From positions 1 to 64,000 of the forward strand of contig MU619353.1 of assembly GCA_025201805.1 (NCBI GenBank): 64,000 nucleotides of DNA, in the 5' to 3' direction. Under the pieces are notes generated by a model, which had not been told where the DNA came from, did no database searches, and saw only the letters and a list, made by a program, of their open reading frames with translations. Source of the DNA: Parasitella parasitica NRRL 2501 (Eukaryota > Fungi > Mucoromycota). Below are positions 51,503 to 64,000 of the stretch, in pieces; positions within the stretch are counted from its first letter, which is position 1; each line of letters starts with the position of its first letter. The translations under genes were made by a program, and so were the position numbers.

Positions 51503-52956
51503 TCAAACTGATAGCTTCTTTTTAATGGAGCTTAATTGACCCAAGACGGCCCTCTTCAAAAACATAGTGCTGGACTGGCAAATGTCTTCTATCAAACTGG
51601 TGCTGTCAAATTCAATGATAGCCTGTGCATATTTACTGGTAAGCAGCAGCAGTAGTTGCATCGAGCCTTTATCTTTTGGATTGGACTGTACTATGGTTTG
51701 AAGTGGTTGAATGAGATCAAACAAAAGCGTCTTGTCGAAATGCACCAGTGGCTGTGTGCTTAGAATGGTGCTCATTATTTGAAAAACAAGATCGCCCCAT
51801 GGGCGTAGATAGTTGCGGTCATTACTAGATACCAAGCTTGTATTCAGGGCAAAGTAAGATTCGCCGTCAGACAAGACGGTTCTTAATGAGGATAAGTAGG
51901 AGCTCTCTACAGCGGATGTTAGACTTACTGCAGTAGCATTAGTCGCTGCGATGGTGTCAATTCATTGATTGACTTATTAATAACTTCACATTGAGGCTTG
52001 CCGAGTTCTGATTGAAATAACAAGGGTACAAGCAAGCCATCGATGATACATTTTCCTTGTTCCTTGGCGAGTTGTTGTATGCTGCTCATTAAAATTCTCG
52101 GCACATTCGATTTCAATGCCACAATCTACAACGCCCCCTACTTTTTTAGTGAAAAGCGCACACTGTTGTATTGAGTCATACCTTTGGATATGTGGCAGAG
52201 TAGGCAAGATAGGCTGCATTTGGACCTGGCACATTTTCTGCTTTTGATATCAAGTTTAGCAGATCGGCAGTGATTTCATCTTCCCAAGATTGCATATCAA
52301 TAGACGCAACAGCGGCTTTTAGCTGGCCAATGTGAGCGTCATTTGTTAATACATCAGCTGTGTATGTGTGTATGTGTGTGTTTTTTTTCTTTTTTGCTTA
52401 CTTGTGTTCGAGGTAAATTAACAAGGTTTTCCAGTGATTCTAATTTCACTTGTGTCTGGATTTGTGAACTCGAGTTGGCGAATATAGACATGGATTCTAT
52501 CAGACGTGCTAGATCAGGCGAATCTTCCTGCATAGGATCGTCCTGTTTTTGAGCACTGATGTTTTGCATTGGTTCAGTTTCCTTGCTGCGTTTAGACATG
52601 ATGGGTTTTATCGTAGGATTATCGATGTATATACATGAAACGATGAGTTAACGATATTATATTGCATATATAGACGACAAGCATTCGGTTGGTCAATTGA
52701 AAAAAAAAAAAGGATATTATTATAGGCTCAAGGGGTTTTACTCCACTTGATTGCAACCAAACAGGGTCTACTACAACACAACACAAATAGGAAAGCTAGT
52801 CTCATAGCATAAACATGAGCATTATTTACCTGCTTGTCTCTGCCCTTTGGGATCAAATGTGGATTTTAAACTATCAGAAAACTGGAATCCTTGATGTTCA
52901 GTAAGCTTATTACGAATAGCATTCAGTTTTTCTTTATTGATATCAGCAACAGACAT
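51503..52956 (-). CDS. FANCE: Fanconi anaemia group E (FANCE)-like protein, six exons including one AT-AC intron
   Basis: C-terminal LLVPLL..ELGKPQCEVI, RPWGDLVFQIMSTIL, LLLLLTSKY and STMFLKRAV parallel the FANCE C-terminal domain as I recall it (PWKEETFLVLQSLL, LMLTVMTKY, NTTFLRKSL). The 5' exons join in frame through intron 52627-52717. Confidence 0.78.
52627..52717 (-). other. U12-type (minor spliceosome) AT-AC intron, 91 nt
   Basis: 5' end ATATCCTTTT, branch-like TCGTTAAC (52647-52654), 3' end TATAC. Phase-0 removal restores the reading frame. Confidence 0.82.
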
Positions 52957-53981
52957 TAGTGTAATGAACTTTTTTTTTTTTTTTTTTTCGCGCGGGTTCT
53001 TATTACTTTTACAGCTAAACACGGTGTCACATATTATTTGGTTTTACCGCATAATCCGTCCACACTCCCTGGAGACATGTACGCAGCTCAAATTTATCGT
53101 CGCACCGTTTAGCTAGGCAGTGTCTGCTATGTCAATTTAGATGCCTTAATGCCCAATTACATGCACTACTCTACTGTGCAATTGCTTTGCCAGCACGAAT
53201 CTCTCTATGGTTCCCGCTGGTGTTAATCGGGGCTCAGGGTATTGTTCTACTGCTTGTATCTATTGCATATGCTCGACATTAAATAGTAAAATATATTACG
53301 TGATAATTACTAAAGTTCCATTGAGATGTTATCCCCTTGATATAATAAAGAAGCAATCTTGCGTATATAATAGAATCTTATGGTAGAAAAAAGTCCACAT
53401 CTAACAGTGATTGGCAATCTTGAAATGCAATTGCATCTTTTTGTGAACATTACCATAAACGACTTGTGTGTGTAATGTGTTACGTTGATCCGAGATGTGT
53501 TTGTTTGTTATTTCACCGAGTTTTTTTTTTTTTGCAAGTAATATTTGCCATCAAGATTTGTTTATTCATCAATATTGTTCATAGTAACTGCTCGTTTTCG
53601 ATATTAATACATGAACTTTTAGAAAGTCGGTTCTACCAGATACTCATAAAAACTACGAAATCAATAATAGGCACAACCATACCAAACAATAACGAAAAAG
53701 CCAGAGATTATTATCCATGTCCAACTTAAGTGATTCATCAATAATTTTAGAGGCAATTATCATACTGAGTGGGAATAACCCATTTATAGTAAAATCAAGT
53801 ACCACTGACAATTCTATTCAGTGCAAGTATTATTGATGAACACCTAATTGCACAATCATTTGACAGTATGATTAATGTCTTCAATCTATAATATTATACA
53901 ATGTTGATTGTATATAAATACAGAATTTTTAACTAGTTTTTTTTTCTTCTTCTGTATACCTTACTTTCTGAATAATTCATA

Positions 53982-55911
53982 ATGGGCTTTCTTGAAGAAA
54001 AGGCTGATGCTACTTTAGATACTCACGCATTAGATATACCCAATGAAAAGGTCCAGGTAATTGATCTAGTGGGCGAAAAGCAAAAGCAATCGCCACCATC
54101 CGATTCTTCCTTTAGCAGTGCTTCTTCTGCCACAAGCGTGACATTAGGAGTCGAAGGCTATGTTTCTGACCTCCAATGGACTGACGAAGAAGAGAGAAAG
54201 GTCTTGTTCATCATAGATACGAGGCTTATGCCGTTCGTACTATTGATGACGTTTGTGCTGAACATGGATAGAACCAATATTTGTATGTCATTGCTATAGA
54301 GATTTGAAATGTCACTACTAATAATCAATTGTGTATATAGCTAATGCTATTTCGGATAACTTGCCCGCTAATTTGGGATTTGGCATCACTGGTGTGAATA
54401 CGGCTACTCTTCTTTATTCGATTGTCTTTACAGTAGTTACTCTTATTACTAGTCCAATTGTCAAGCGAATCGGCCCACATAAATGGATTCCTATTTTGAT
54501 GTCTTCCTGGGCTATTGTTACGTGGGCTCATGCTCTACTTCAGGTAAATGACCATAAATAGCCATGCTTTTCAAGTACTAAGCATTTCTTTGTTGCCCAT
54601 AGAACTATCGCGGTTTCCTTGCTGTTAGATTCTTTATTGCACTTACTGAGGCTGGTTTCATTCCGTCTAGTCTAATCTACTTGACGGGCTGGTACAAGAC
54701 AAATGAATTAGCTACTCGTCTGTCCTGGTTTTGGGGCATCCAAGCGTTTGCGTCTGCCTTCTCTGGGTTGATTTCGTTTGGTATCTTCAATATGTCTGGC
54801 ATTGGCGGCCTTTATGGGTGGAAATGGCTCTTTATTATTGACGGTATCATTACTCACATTATTGGCTTTATCGCAATGTAAGTACTATTTCTGCGTGTGA
54901 TACATTCTACCATGTTATCAAGCTAATCCTTTTGACAAGCTTTTACGTTCCCGCTAGTCCATTTCATACTGCAGGCTCGATTCGAGGCAAGCAGGGCTGG
55001 TTCACTGACCGCCAAAAACAAATTGCTGTTACCAGAGTCATTCGGGATGATCAGTCTAAAATTGCTCAAGAGGAAAGGGTGACATGGCACGACGTCAAGA
55101 TTTGTGTACTTGACACGAAACTATGGACACATCTGGTTATTACATTTCTAAGGTTTGTATATATTTAATATGATAATGAATGAATATAGCCTAAATCAAA
55201 TCACTAGCATCATGCCTCATACTCCTATTTCTACCTACCTGCCTACACTTATCAGGGGCTATGGATTTACCGTAACCATCAGCAACCTGTTAACCGTTCC
55301 TGCAGCAATCATCAATCTAGTCGTTTCAATATTAGTAGCTCGCAGTGCTGATAAGCGAGGCAATTATGCCTTTCATGCCATCTTTGGGGTCTTTTGGTCG
55401 TTAGCTGGATTCTTGGCCTTGGAGCTTTTACCTGGAGGCGCTGGACGCTGGAACTTTTATGCCGCTGCTTTGTTTCTGGCCTCATCTCCTACGTGGCATG
55501 GTATGCACATTGCTTGGATGTCATCTAACCTGGCACCGCTAGGAAAACGTAACATCGCTTTAGGCGCTGTTATTGGTGCTGCCAATATCTGTGGGGTGCC
55601 CGGCTCCCAAATATACCGTTAGTATAAATTGCATCGTTGCTGTGTGTGTAATTTGACATAAAATTGACACTTTTTGCAATGATTTAATAGAGGCCGATGA
55701 TGCTCCTCGCTTCTTTAGAGGCAACTGGATCAACTTTAGTATTACAACTGTTGCTGGTATCTTTCTGTTGGTCCAACATATTCGATACACATTGACAAAC
55801 AAACTTCGCGAGAAAAAATGGAGTTCTTTCTCTGATGAGGAAAAGAAAAAGTATCTTGACAGTACCAAAGATGAAGGCTCAAATCGCTTAGATTACAGAT
55901 TCAGGATTTAG
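53982..55911 (+). CDS. MFS transporter, anion:cation symporter (allantoate permease-like) family
   Basis: IDTRLMP...MDRTNIANA, VRFFIALTEAGFIP, WYKTNELATRL, GWKWLFIIDG, DDAPRF..G, C-terminal DYRFRI. Confidence 0.93.
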
Positions 55912-56938
55912 AGACTCCTCTATGTAAAAAAAAAAAAAAAATAATTAATAAACAATACTACTACATCACCAAATCAACTTTTACATTTGGAGTAAAATGC
56001 ACGCCTATTTGCTTATTAGATCCAAACACATTCATTTTTGGTTCAACAATCGACATCTTTTTAAATGAAAACTTCAAATAATATTGGTGTATTAATATTG
56101 AAATAGGTAATTAGATTATGTTTATTAACACGCAGTTATCTAGTAGTAAAATAGTAGAACGATGCACTATGTTAATGTCAAGCTGGGATTTCAAAATGCT
56201 AACATGGACCATTACTCATATATGATATGCGTGGATATTACTGGACAAATAGTAGTAATTTGACAGCAATTTGTGGTAATAAACTCCTTCCTTTTTATGC
56301 CAAATAGTGATTAGTAGTGACAGATCAATTGTAGCAGCAGCAGTAAAAATAACATTAGTAGGATTTTCAATCATAGTGGTGGTAATCAAGATAAGAATCA
56401 ATAATACGTATCAGAAAAACTGAAGCCTACTTATATTAACCTGAATGTTTCATATAAAATGAGTGAAGACATTATGTGCAATGTAAATCATTACAGTCTA
56501 TGTCGATGGTAATAAACCGCACAAAAATTATTAGCAAGGGCTTTACGATCTGCTGTATTTGTAGATCTGAACATTCTGGATAGAGACTTTATCTTTGCAC
56601 AAAACTATACGACGGAATAGAGGTAATGCAGACGGATACAGTAAAAGATTTTGGTGAGATATGCATTTGACTACATATAAGTTATTATGGAGGATAATGT
56701 CATATTTGATACTCAAAATCACTGCTATTATTTGCTATTTATAGTATCGTATTGTATATATAGGTAAATTGGTAGGATCACTTCACATTTGAAGATGGGT
56801 CTTGTGGTACATATTCCAAAAATGTGTCAACTCTTTCAAGTGTATACAGAATTCCTTTAATATTTAGTCATGTACACAAGAACTTAAAAAATAAATAAAT
56901 AATTTTTTACTATAAAATGCTATTTAAATGCATCTAAA

Positions 56939-58768
56939 CTACTTTCGCCATGAAAACTTTGTGTTGCCGTCATAGCGAAGTGAAAACGCTTCAATGCTAC
57001 GCAAGTCTATCGATAAATCGAAAATATCCGACTTGGTCGTAGTTTTTGGATCCCATTCTTCGACCATTTCTATAAATGAATTGCATGCATGGTGATGATA
57101 TCTAATATAAAGGTTCTTTTTTGCCGTTCGGAGTGAAATATTGTATGTCAAATGTCTTGTCTCTTGGTTATTGAATGTGGTTATACCCGGCAGAAGTTCT
57201 TCAGTCTGATCAATGATTTCGATGCATACTTCTCTTATATCAGTACCAGGCATATAGATCAACTTACGATTAGGCATAGAGGCGCAATGTATATTGAATT
57301 GCAAGGACAATTTTTCCAGGCCAGAAAAGTTGCTGCAAATATCCTGGGCTGCAAATCCAGCAGAAAAGTCAAAGTTCTTCAAACACAATTCACGAACGCT
57401 GGGAATAGAAAATTGGCCCTGGATAGGGACATTGTACTGACCACCAACGATAGTCAGTTTTTTTACAATCTTGAATGCTTGTAATAAAGGAATGATACAG
57501 CCAACATAGTGCGTACGAGCTAAATCGGTTTGGAAATCAATGTACAATGAGGTTGCGACGGCAGCAAACTTGTGTAGATAGCGATTAATTTGATGTTCTC
57601 TTGCAGGTGTTGGAAGAGCGCGTATTTGAACATGATGTTGCTTGGATTTTCTTGAAAATGAATAGGTTATCGCATCCCGTAAGTCACTATGTCCTTGTAA
57701 GCTGTTACTGTCTACCAAGAAGCTGACGTCTGTTGTCCAGTCAGCCGTCGAGCCAGGCTTTGGCTTTGACATCCAGTTGGAAATGCAGCTGAGATATACA
57801 AGGTCAATAGATTCAGCAATAGCTTCCTGATGCATATTGCCGCAGCGAGAAATAATCTTGGCTTCCTTCAAACTACATAAAAGTTTGATTGTTGATGATA
57901 AAGCTTCCATATTGCCTGCACCAGTCAGTAATCTTGAGGTTGCGTTGTTGATATTGATAGTCAAGGATTCTAGACAAGGAACATGGTGTAGGAATCTGTT
58001 CAAATCACTGAAGAAGAAAGCATAGTCGGTGGGAATGGTGATGGTAAGCGACTTCAAAGTGTGGTATTTTGGCATTTTGACGGGATCCTCAGTTTGTAAG
58101 TCTTTTAATGTCAACAGTTCTAGCGACAGATGTTTAAGACCAGTATACAAACTAAAGACTGACATGATACTGTTCATTGATGTGATCCTTTCCTTCAAAA
58201 TGAGAGTCTCAAGGTGAGGAAGCTCTATTGGATATCTAATGTCTCCAGTCATATGGTTCAGAAAGGATGCCGTACGAAATTCGGTTATTGATTGATGGTA
58301 CGTCTTGATGCACTCTCGGTAGAAATGGGTGGCTTCTGTGGTGTTTGCTGGTATTGTTGCAAGTTTCTTGAATTCAAGTACATGGCGTAAAATGAAAAGA
58401 GCTTTCAAAACAACAGCTGCCGTGTCGCTATTGCTTGAAATGTGCTCTAAATTCGCACAACGTCTAAGAATTCGATACATGGATTTTTGTTTGGCGACAA
58501 TGTCGGCAGCGTTGATCATCCGAGGCAGATCAAAGTGAATGTGCTGTACCAAGTGACCAAACAAGTTTAGGGCCTCCAACAGGAAATTCAAGTCTGTATG
58601 TTCTCTGATTGTGATTTTGTTGTAAAACCGTATAGTTGCTGGATAGTACCAAGCTTTGCAAACGCGCTTGCATTCTTTCATGTCGTCTGTCTCCAATAAA
58701 ATACATATGCCGGTCAATATTTCTGCTGGGAGTTTTTGATTATTATAAAAAGTTCTCGTCGTGTTCAT
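56939..58768 (-). CDS. F-box protein with degenerate LRR-like C-terminus
   Basis: Single 609-aa ORF; KLPAEILTGIC...CKRVCKAWY F-box, then LxxLxL repeats. Confidence 0.8.
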   Translation of the reverse strand: MNTTRTFYNNQKLPAEILTGICILLETDDMKECKRVCKAWYYPATIRFYNKITIREHTDLNFLLEALNLFGHLVQHIHFDLPRMINAADIVAKQKSMYRILRRCANLEHISSNSDTAAVVLKALFILRHVLEFKKLATIPANTTEATHFYRECIKTYHQSITEFRTASFLNHMTGDIRYPIELPHLETLILKERITSMNSIMSVFSLYTGLKHLSLELLTLKDLQTEDPVKMPKYHTLKSLTITIPTDYAFFFSDLNRFLHHVPCLESLTININNATSRLLTGAGNMEALSSTIKLLCSLKEAKIISRCGNMHQEAIAESIDLVYLSCISNWMSKPKPGSTADWTTDVSFLVDSNSLQGHSDLRDAITYSFSRKSKQHHVQIRALPTPAREHQINRYLHKFAAVATSLYIDFQTDLARTHYVGCIIPLLQAFKIVKKLTIVGGQYNVPIQGQFSIPSVRELCLKNFDFSAGFAAQDICSNFSGLEKLSLQFNIHCASMPNRKLIYMPGTDIREVCIEIIDQTEELLPGITTFNNQETRHLTYNISLRTAKKNLYIRYHHHACNSFIEMVEEWDPKTTTKSDIFDLSIDLRSIEAFSLRYDGNTKFSWRK

Positions 58769-59764
58769 TGCTTCCTTTTATCTGTAGTCAGGTACGTTCA
58801 TATTGAAATTTAGACGGCCTTATATACATATTTACAGGATTGTCTCATGACAATGAGCAAAAGACCGATGATAAAGACCATGTCGTTTCCAATTGGCAAC
58901 AACTATCATACCATCTTTTGAAATGAAGCAATAGCAGGCAATATATTTTATATAAATGTTATATTGTGTATAGCGTTCAATTTGGTAGATATTTTTATGA
59001 ATATTTATAGTATATGAACGAGGATGTTAAGTTAAGAGGGCACCTGTATAAATTTCCTTGGGGATTTACGTATTACCGTATAAAACTAAATACGGTTGGC
59101 CCTAAGGACATTCAAAAAAGGAAGACATGTCATGGGAATAGAGCCATTGTTGTATGACACTGCTTTTCGACACATGGCGTATATACTGATTTTGCAATGC
59201 CTATTGTTTCAAATGCTCTGGATCACCAATTTGTAGACTTGTATAAGCTATTGTCACTCTATTCCGCTATGCAAGTAGATAAATACAATAAATCTCTAGA
59301 GCACGTGAATTAGTATCATACAGGAGCGCTCAATGTATTGAAACTCTGATCATGAGACATCCTTTATAAGGCCACGCCAAATATCGTTTGAATTCGTCAT
59401 TATGGTACAACACACATTTAATGGATCGACATTGAACATGTGCGCAGTGTACCCTAGTAATTAATCTGGTTTCTGTCGATAAAGCTATTGATGAAAAGCA
59501 GAGATACATACACTACGGCATCATGTTCAAAGAACAGTGTTTACAAATCAGCGTATGTTGTAGTTAATAGTTGTAGCTTTTATCACAGAGCTAATTTTGA
59601 ATGAGCGTAATTTTTTTTATTATTATTAAGGAATGAATAAAAATGAAAGGCATGAGTCACTGAAGGTCATAAACGAGAGTTCAAAGTTCATATAAAAAGA
59701 GGACATAATATTTTGTGTGCATAGTGGGAGCGATTATCCCAACTTGATTAATTCATAGAGTTGC

Positions 59765-61465
59765 TCAAAAAGCTAAAAAATAGACAGCAGTAATAGCTGC
59801 TATCATCAAATTTATGATGATCGCAGCGCTCATTGATGCAAATGACGAGAGACCGCCATCGTTAGCTAATGCATTCATAACGTCCACATCCAAAAATCCA
59901 AAGCCTGAAAATGACGCATTCATGGTAGCAGCTACGTTATAGCCGGTAGTGTTAACAGGAAAGGTGATTAACAAGAGCTTTTTCTCTCGTGCAGAAGGTG
60001 CAATTGTTCCCCAAATCCAGTCGTCTGGACTGTAAGCGCCATCGACAGCGACTACTGTAGCGTTGACGCCAATTGAAACGGAAAGAGACACATCCGTAAT
60101 GTTGACAGAAGACTGATACTCTGAGCGGGCTTCCGTGTAATCACCGATAGATGCGCCGTAAGTAGTGTTGGTTTTGACTCGGTTCGCGACATCGAGGCTA
60201 GTTGTTGCGTTAACGTCAAAGCCGATTGGGGTCTCAGTTATGGCTGTTACTAGCTGAGTAACACCGAGACGGGCATTGGGGTGTGCGCGTGCTACGGCTG
60301 TAGGAAATCCCTCGACACTGAAATCATACTGGAGAGAATTTGGTTGCATAGGGATGGGTGCCGAGTTGTTCAGCTGCGAATTGCTGGTTCGATAGGTAAT
60401 GCGAACCTTAAAGTTGGGATTATCAATGATGTTGTTATAGGCCACATTTGCACTGGTGCTAGTGTGAAGATAGGATTGAGTAGTGTTGCTAGGAATAGTG
60501 ATATTCTGGACCTGGAATTGCTCCCACTGCAAATTCTTCAAGGAGGTCAAGGAATAAACAGACTCAAACTCGTCATATAAACCGTTTTGATTTGCATCAT
60601 CAAATTCAATGATATGAGAGAATTGCAAGCGATAGACGAAATCAGCATTGCGAGCATTCAAGTCTGAAGAAGAAAAGAAAGCATGGTCAGCCATGGGATA
60701 CTGATTGTTAGTGCTGATGTTGAAGGAATAGTGATAATTATCTCCGTCTCCAGAGTTCACTGTGCCATTGATGACAACATTGCTACTGTAACTACCCTGC
60801 ACAGTAAGCTGGGGTGCATAATAATAGCCATTATCTTGCTGGTAGCGATGATAAGTTGAGTCATATCCATAATGCCAGTACGGTGGCAATATCCAAAAAT
60901 AGGTTACGGATGGATTATAGTGTCCATTATAGCCATATCGTGAGCTTGAGCTATATCTGCCGGAATAAGCAGGAGCATAATTTTGGTAATTACCTAAATA
61001 GAGACGGTCTGGTTAGATGGCACAGAACAAATGTACTCTATGTTGCTATGAATGAAATATACCTCTTGTGCTAGCATAATAGGTTGGAGGTGGTATACCA
61101 AAGCCTCCATTTCCGCCTTTTGATGATACACTTTTGGGGGTTGATCCAGAGCCTTTATAGTAAGTGTCAATGGGTGTGCTGAATTCGTTGCTTTTGTTAA
61201 TCTACATACCTGCTACCATTCCGCCTTTTTTTCCACCAGACGACCCTCTTACAGAGGACCCTTTTCCACCGGATAAACTTTTTCCAGATGAACCACGTGT
61301 ACTTCCTCCTCTGCCTCCTCCAACTCCTTTAGCAACAACAACTACACATAGAATACTCAGTAGATGCACAATATAATCATTTTGTGGTTTAAATATCATG
61401 TAAGAAAAAAACTTACAAAGAGTGCAGTACGTTAACACGATGGATGTTGACAGAATAAATTTCAT
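59765..61465 (-). CDS. Secreted, probably GPI-anchored Gly/Tyr-rich glycoprotein of unknown function, four exons
   Basis: Spliced signal peptide MKFILSTSIVLTYCTLFVVA, G/S/K/R-rich tract, Tyr-rich tract, many NxS/T sequons, and a hydrophobic C-terminus with no cytosolic tail. Confidence 0.75.
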
Positions 61466-62593
61466 TTGACAAGCTTTCAATAAATATCTTGGACAGACAG
61501 CAATCAGGAAAAAAAGTTCGCACATTTATATACCATTTTGTCTAGCCAAATAGCAAGCTGATTTGTGTTCCTGAGCGTGTAGGTCCCAAGTCTTGTAAAG
61601 CCATCTCTTGTGATCAACATTGTGAATGCTTTTTGACAGGTGGGTACTACAGCGCCACAACCCTAATACATTATTTTAGCTTCAGCTTAGTAAGGGTTAC
61701 AGTATTTGGCTTAGCAAATGACGGTATTGTCCATGGTAAGAAACCCCAAGTTTGTGGTCATTGTGATCTACTGATTGTGGGTGTGTGGCTGGATTCATGG
61801 ATAAGGACGCACGAGACTCTCATCATTTTCCAAAAGTGGACAGTTGGAATGACTTGATTGTTCAGAGAAATACCTCTGAGCGCTAACAACGCATGTACAT
61901 TGGTTTGGCATGGATACTGTGTCATATGCCAGTGAATTGCTGCATCTTTCTTTTTGTTGTGATCATTACTGCTGCCAAGTACTCGGATTCTATTATTACA
62001 AATGGTCTGACTCTTACACCACAGAAAAGTGTAAAAATGAGAATGTTCCATACATGTGTCTGGCTGATGGATGGAACGACATTCACTGCAAAGTGGACAG
62101 AATGGCATGAAATTAGACTGTACACTGTAGGGCAGTGTAAGAGAAGAAAGATTGGCGGAAGCTGGTCGTTTAAGTCTTTTTTTTTTTCAACCAAGTGAAA
62201 TGATCAGAGGATATTTTGTAATATGGATTCTTTCAAACAAAGTTGGTTCAATTTTGACAGAGATGTAGCATGATTTAACCCTTTATTGGATCTGAATAGA
62301 CGAGTATTTACATGTGTTGGTAAGGTAAACGAAGACGGTGCTCCTGTAGCTTTTGTGATTATGCAAAGTATGATATTTGATTGTTGCAAATTGGAAAGGC
62401 TATCATCTATGACTATAATACCTTGATATCTTCACAAGAGCATTCCACATTCATTTTGACAACTGTCACTGGCCAATTGAAGCTTCCTGGCTGGTGAAAC
62501 CTTTTATGGAAATTTTTTGTCTAGTTATACCTACAACGCTAGGCTGCTCTCTTTTTTCCTTTTCTTTTTTCTTTCTTTACGCTTTGCAAGTTA

Positions 62594-63980
<1,387 letters not shown>

Positions 63981-64000
63981 AATACCCATTCTTGATTAAA

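Noticed and set aside
52822-53022. Independent small gene upstream of FANCE
   Set aside because: Better explained as FANCE exon 1, linked through a GT-AG intron and the AT-AC intron.

Overview
Eukaryotic, intron-rich, AT-rich fungal DNA. Gene content and intron style suggest Mucoromycota/Mucorales; this is an inference. There are three assembly gaps (2670-2719, 20540-20723, 31773-31787). I can support about 19 protein-coding genes: AIFM1-type oxidoreductase, Pumilio/PUF, Amn1-like F-box/LRR, an alpha/beta-hydrolase + PTP-like phosphatase fusion, CreC-like WD40, OSCA/TMEM63 channel, two P450s, Asterix (missed by the ORF track), Paf1, acyl-CoA oxidase, an Ank-DysF-FYVE-RING protein, RPB1, a C1orf131/Faf1-like protein, FANCE-like, an MFS permease, an F-box protein, a GPI-anchored Gly/Tyr-rich glycoprotein and ethanolamine-phosphate cytidylyltransferase. 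There is also an unprocessed MFS pseudogene. The ~9.6 kb gene-free block (14.7-24.3 kb) holds nested mobile DNA: a deleted Helitron with intact ends, a solo LTR with a 5-bp target duplication and a Tc1/mariner remnant. Highlights are a U12-type AT-AC intron that extends the FANCE-like gene, a probably inactive hydrolase domain fused to an intact phosphatase, a Shadoo-like N-terminus on the GPI protein, and two GC-AG introns. Exon boundaries were read by eye and multi-exon genes are given as overall spans. No searches were run; family calls rest on recalled motifs.
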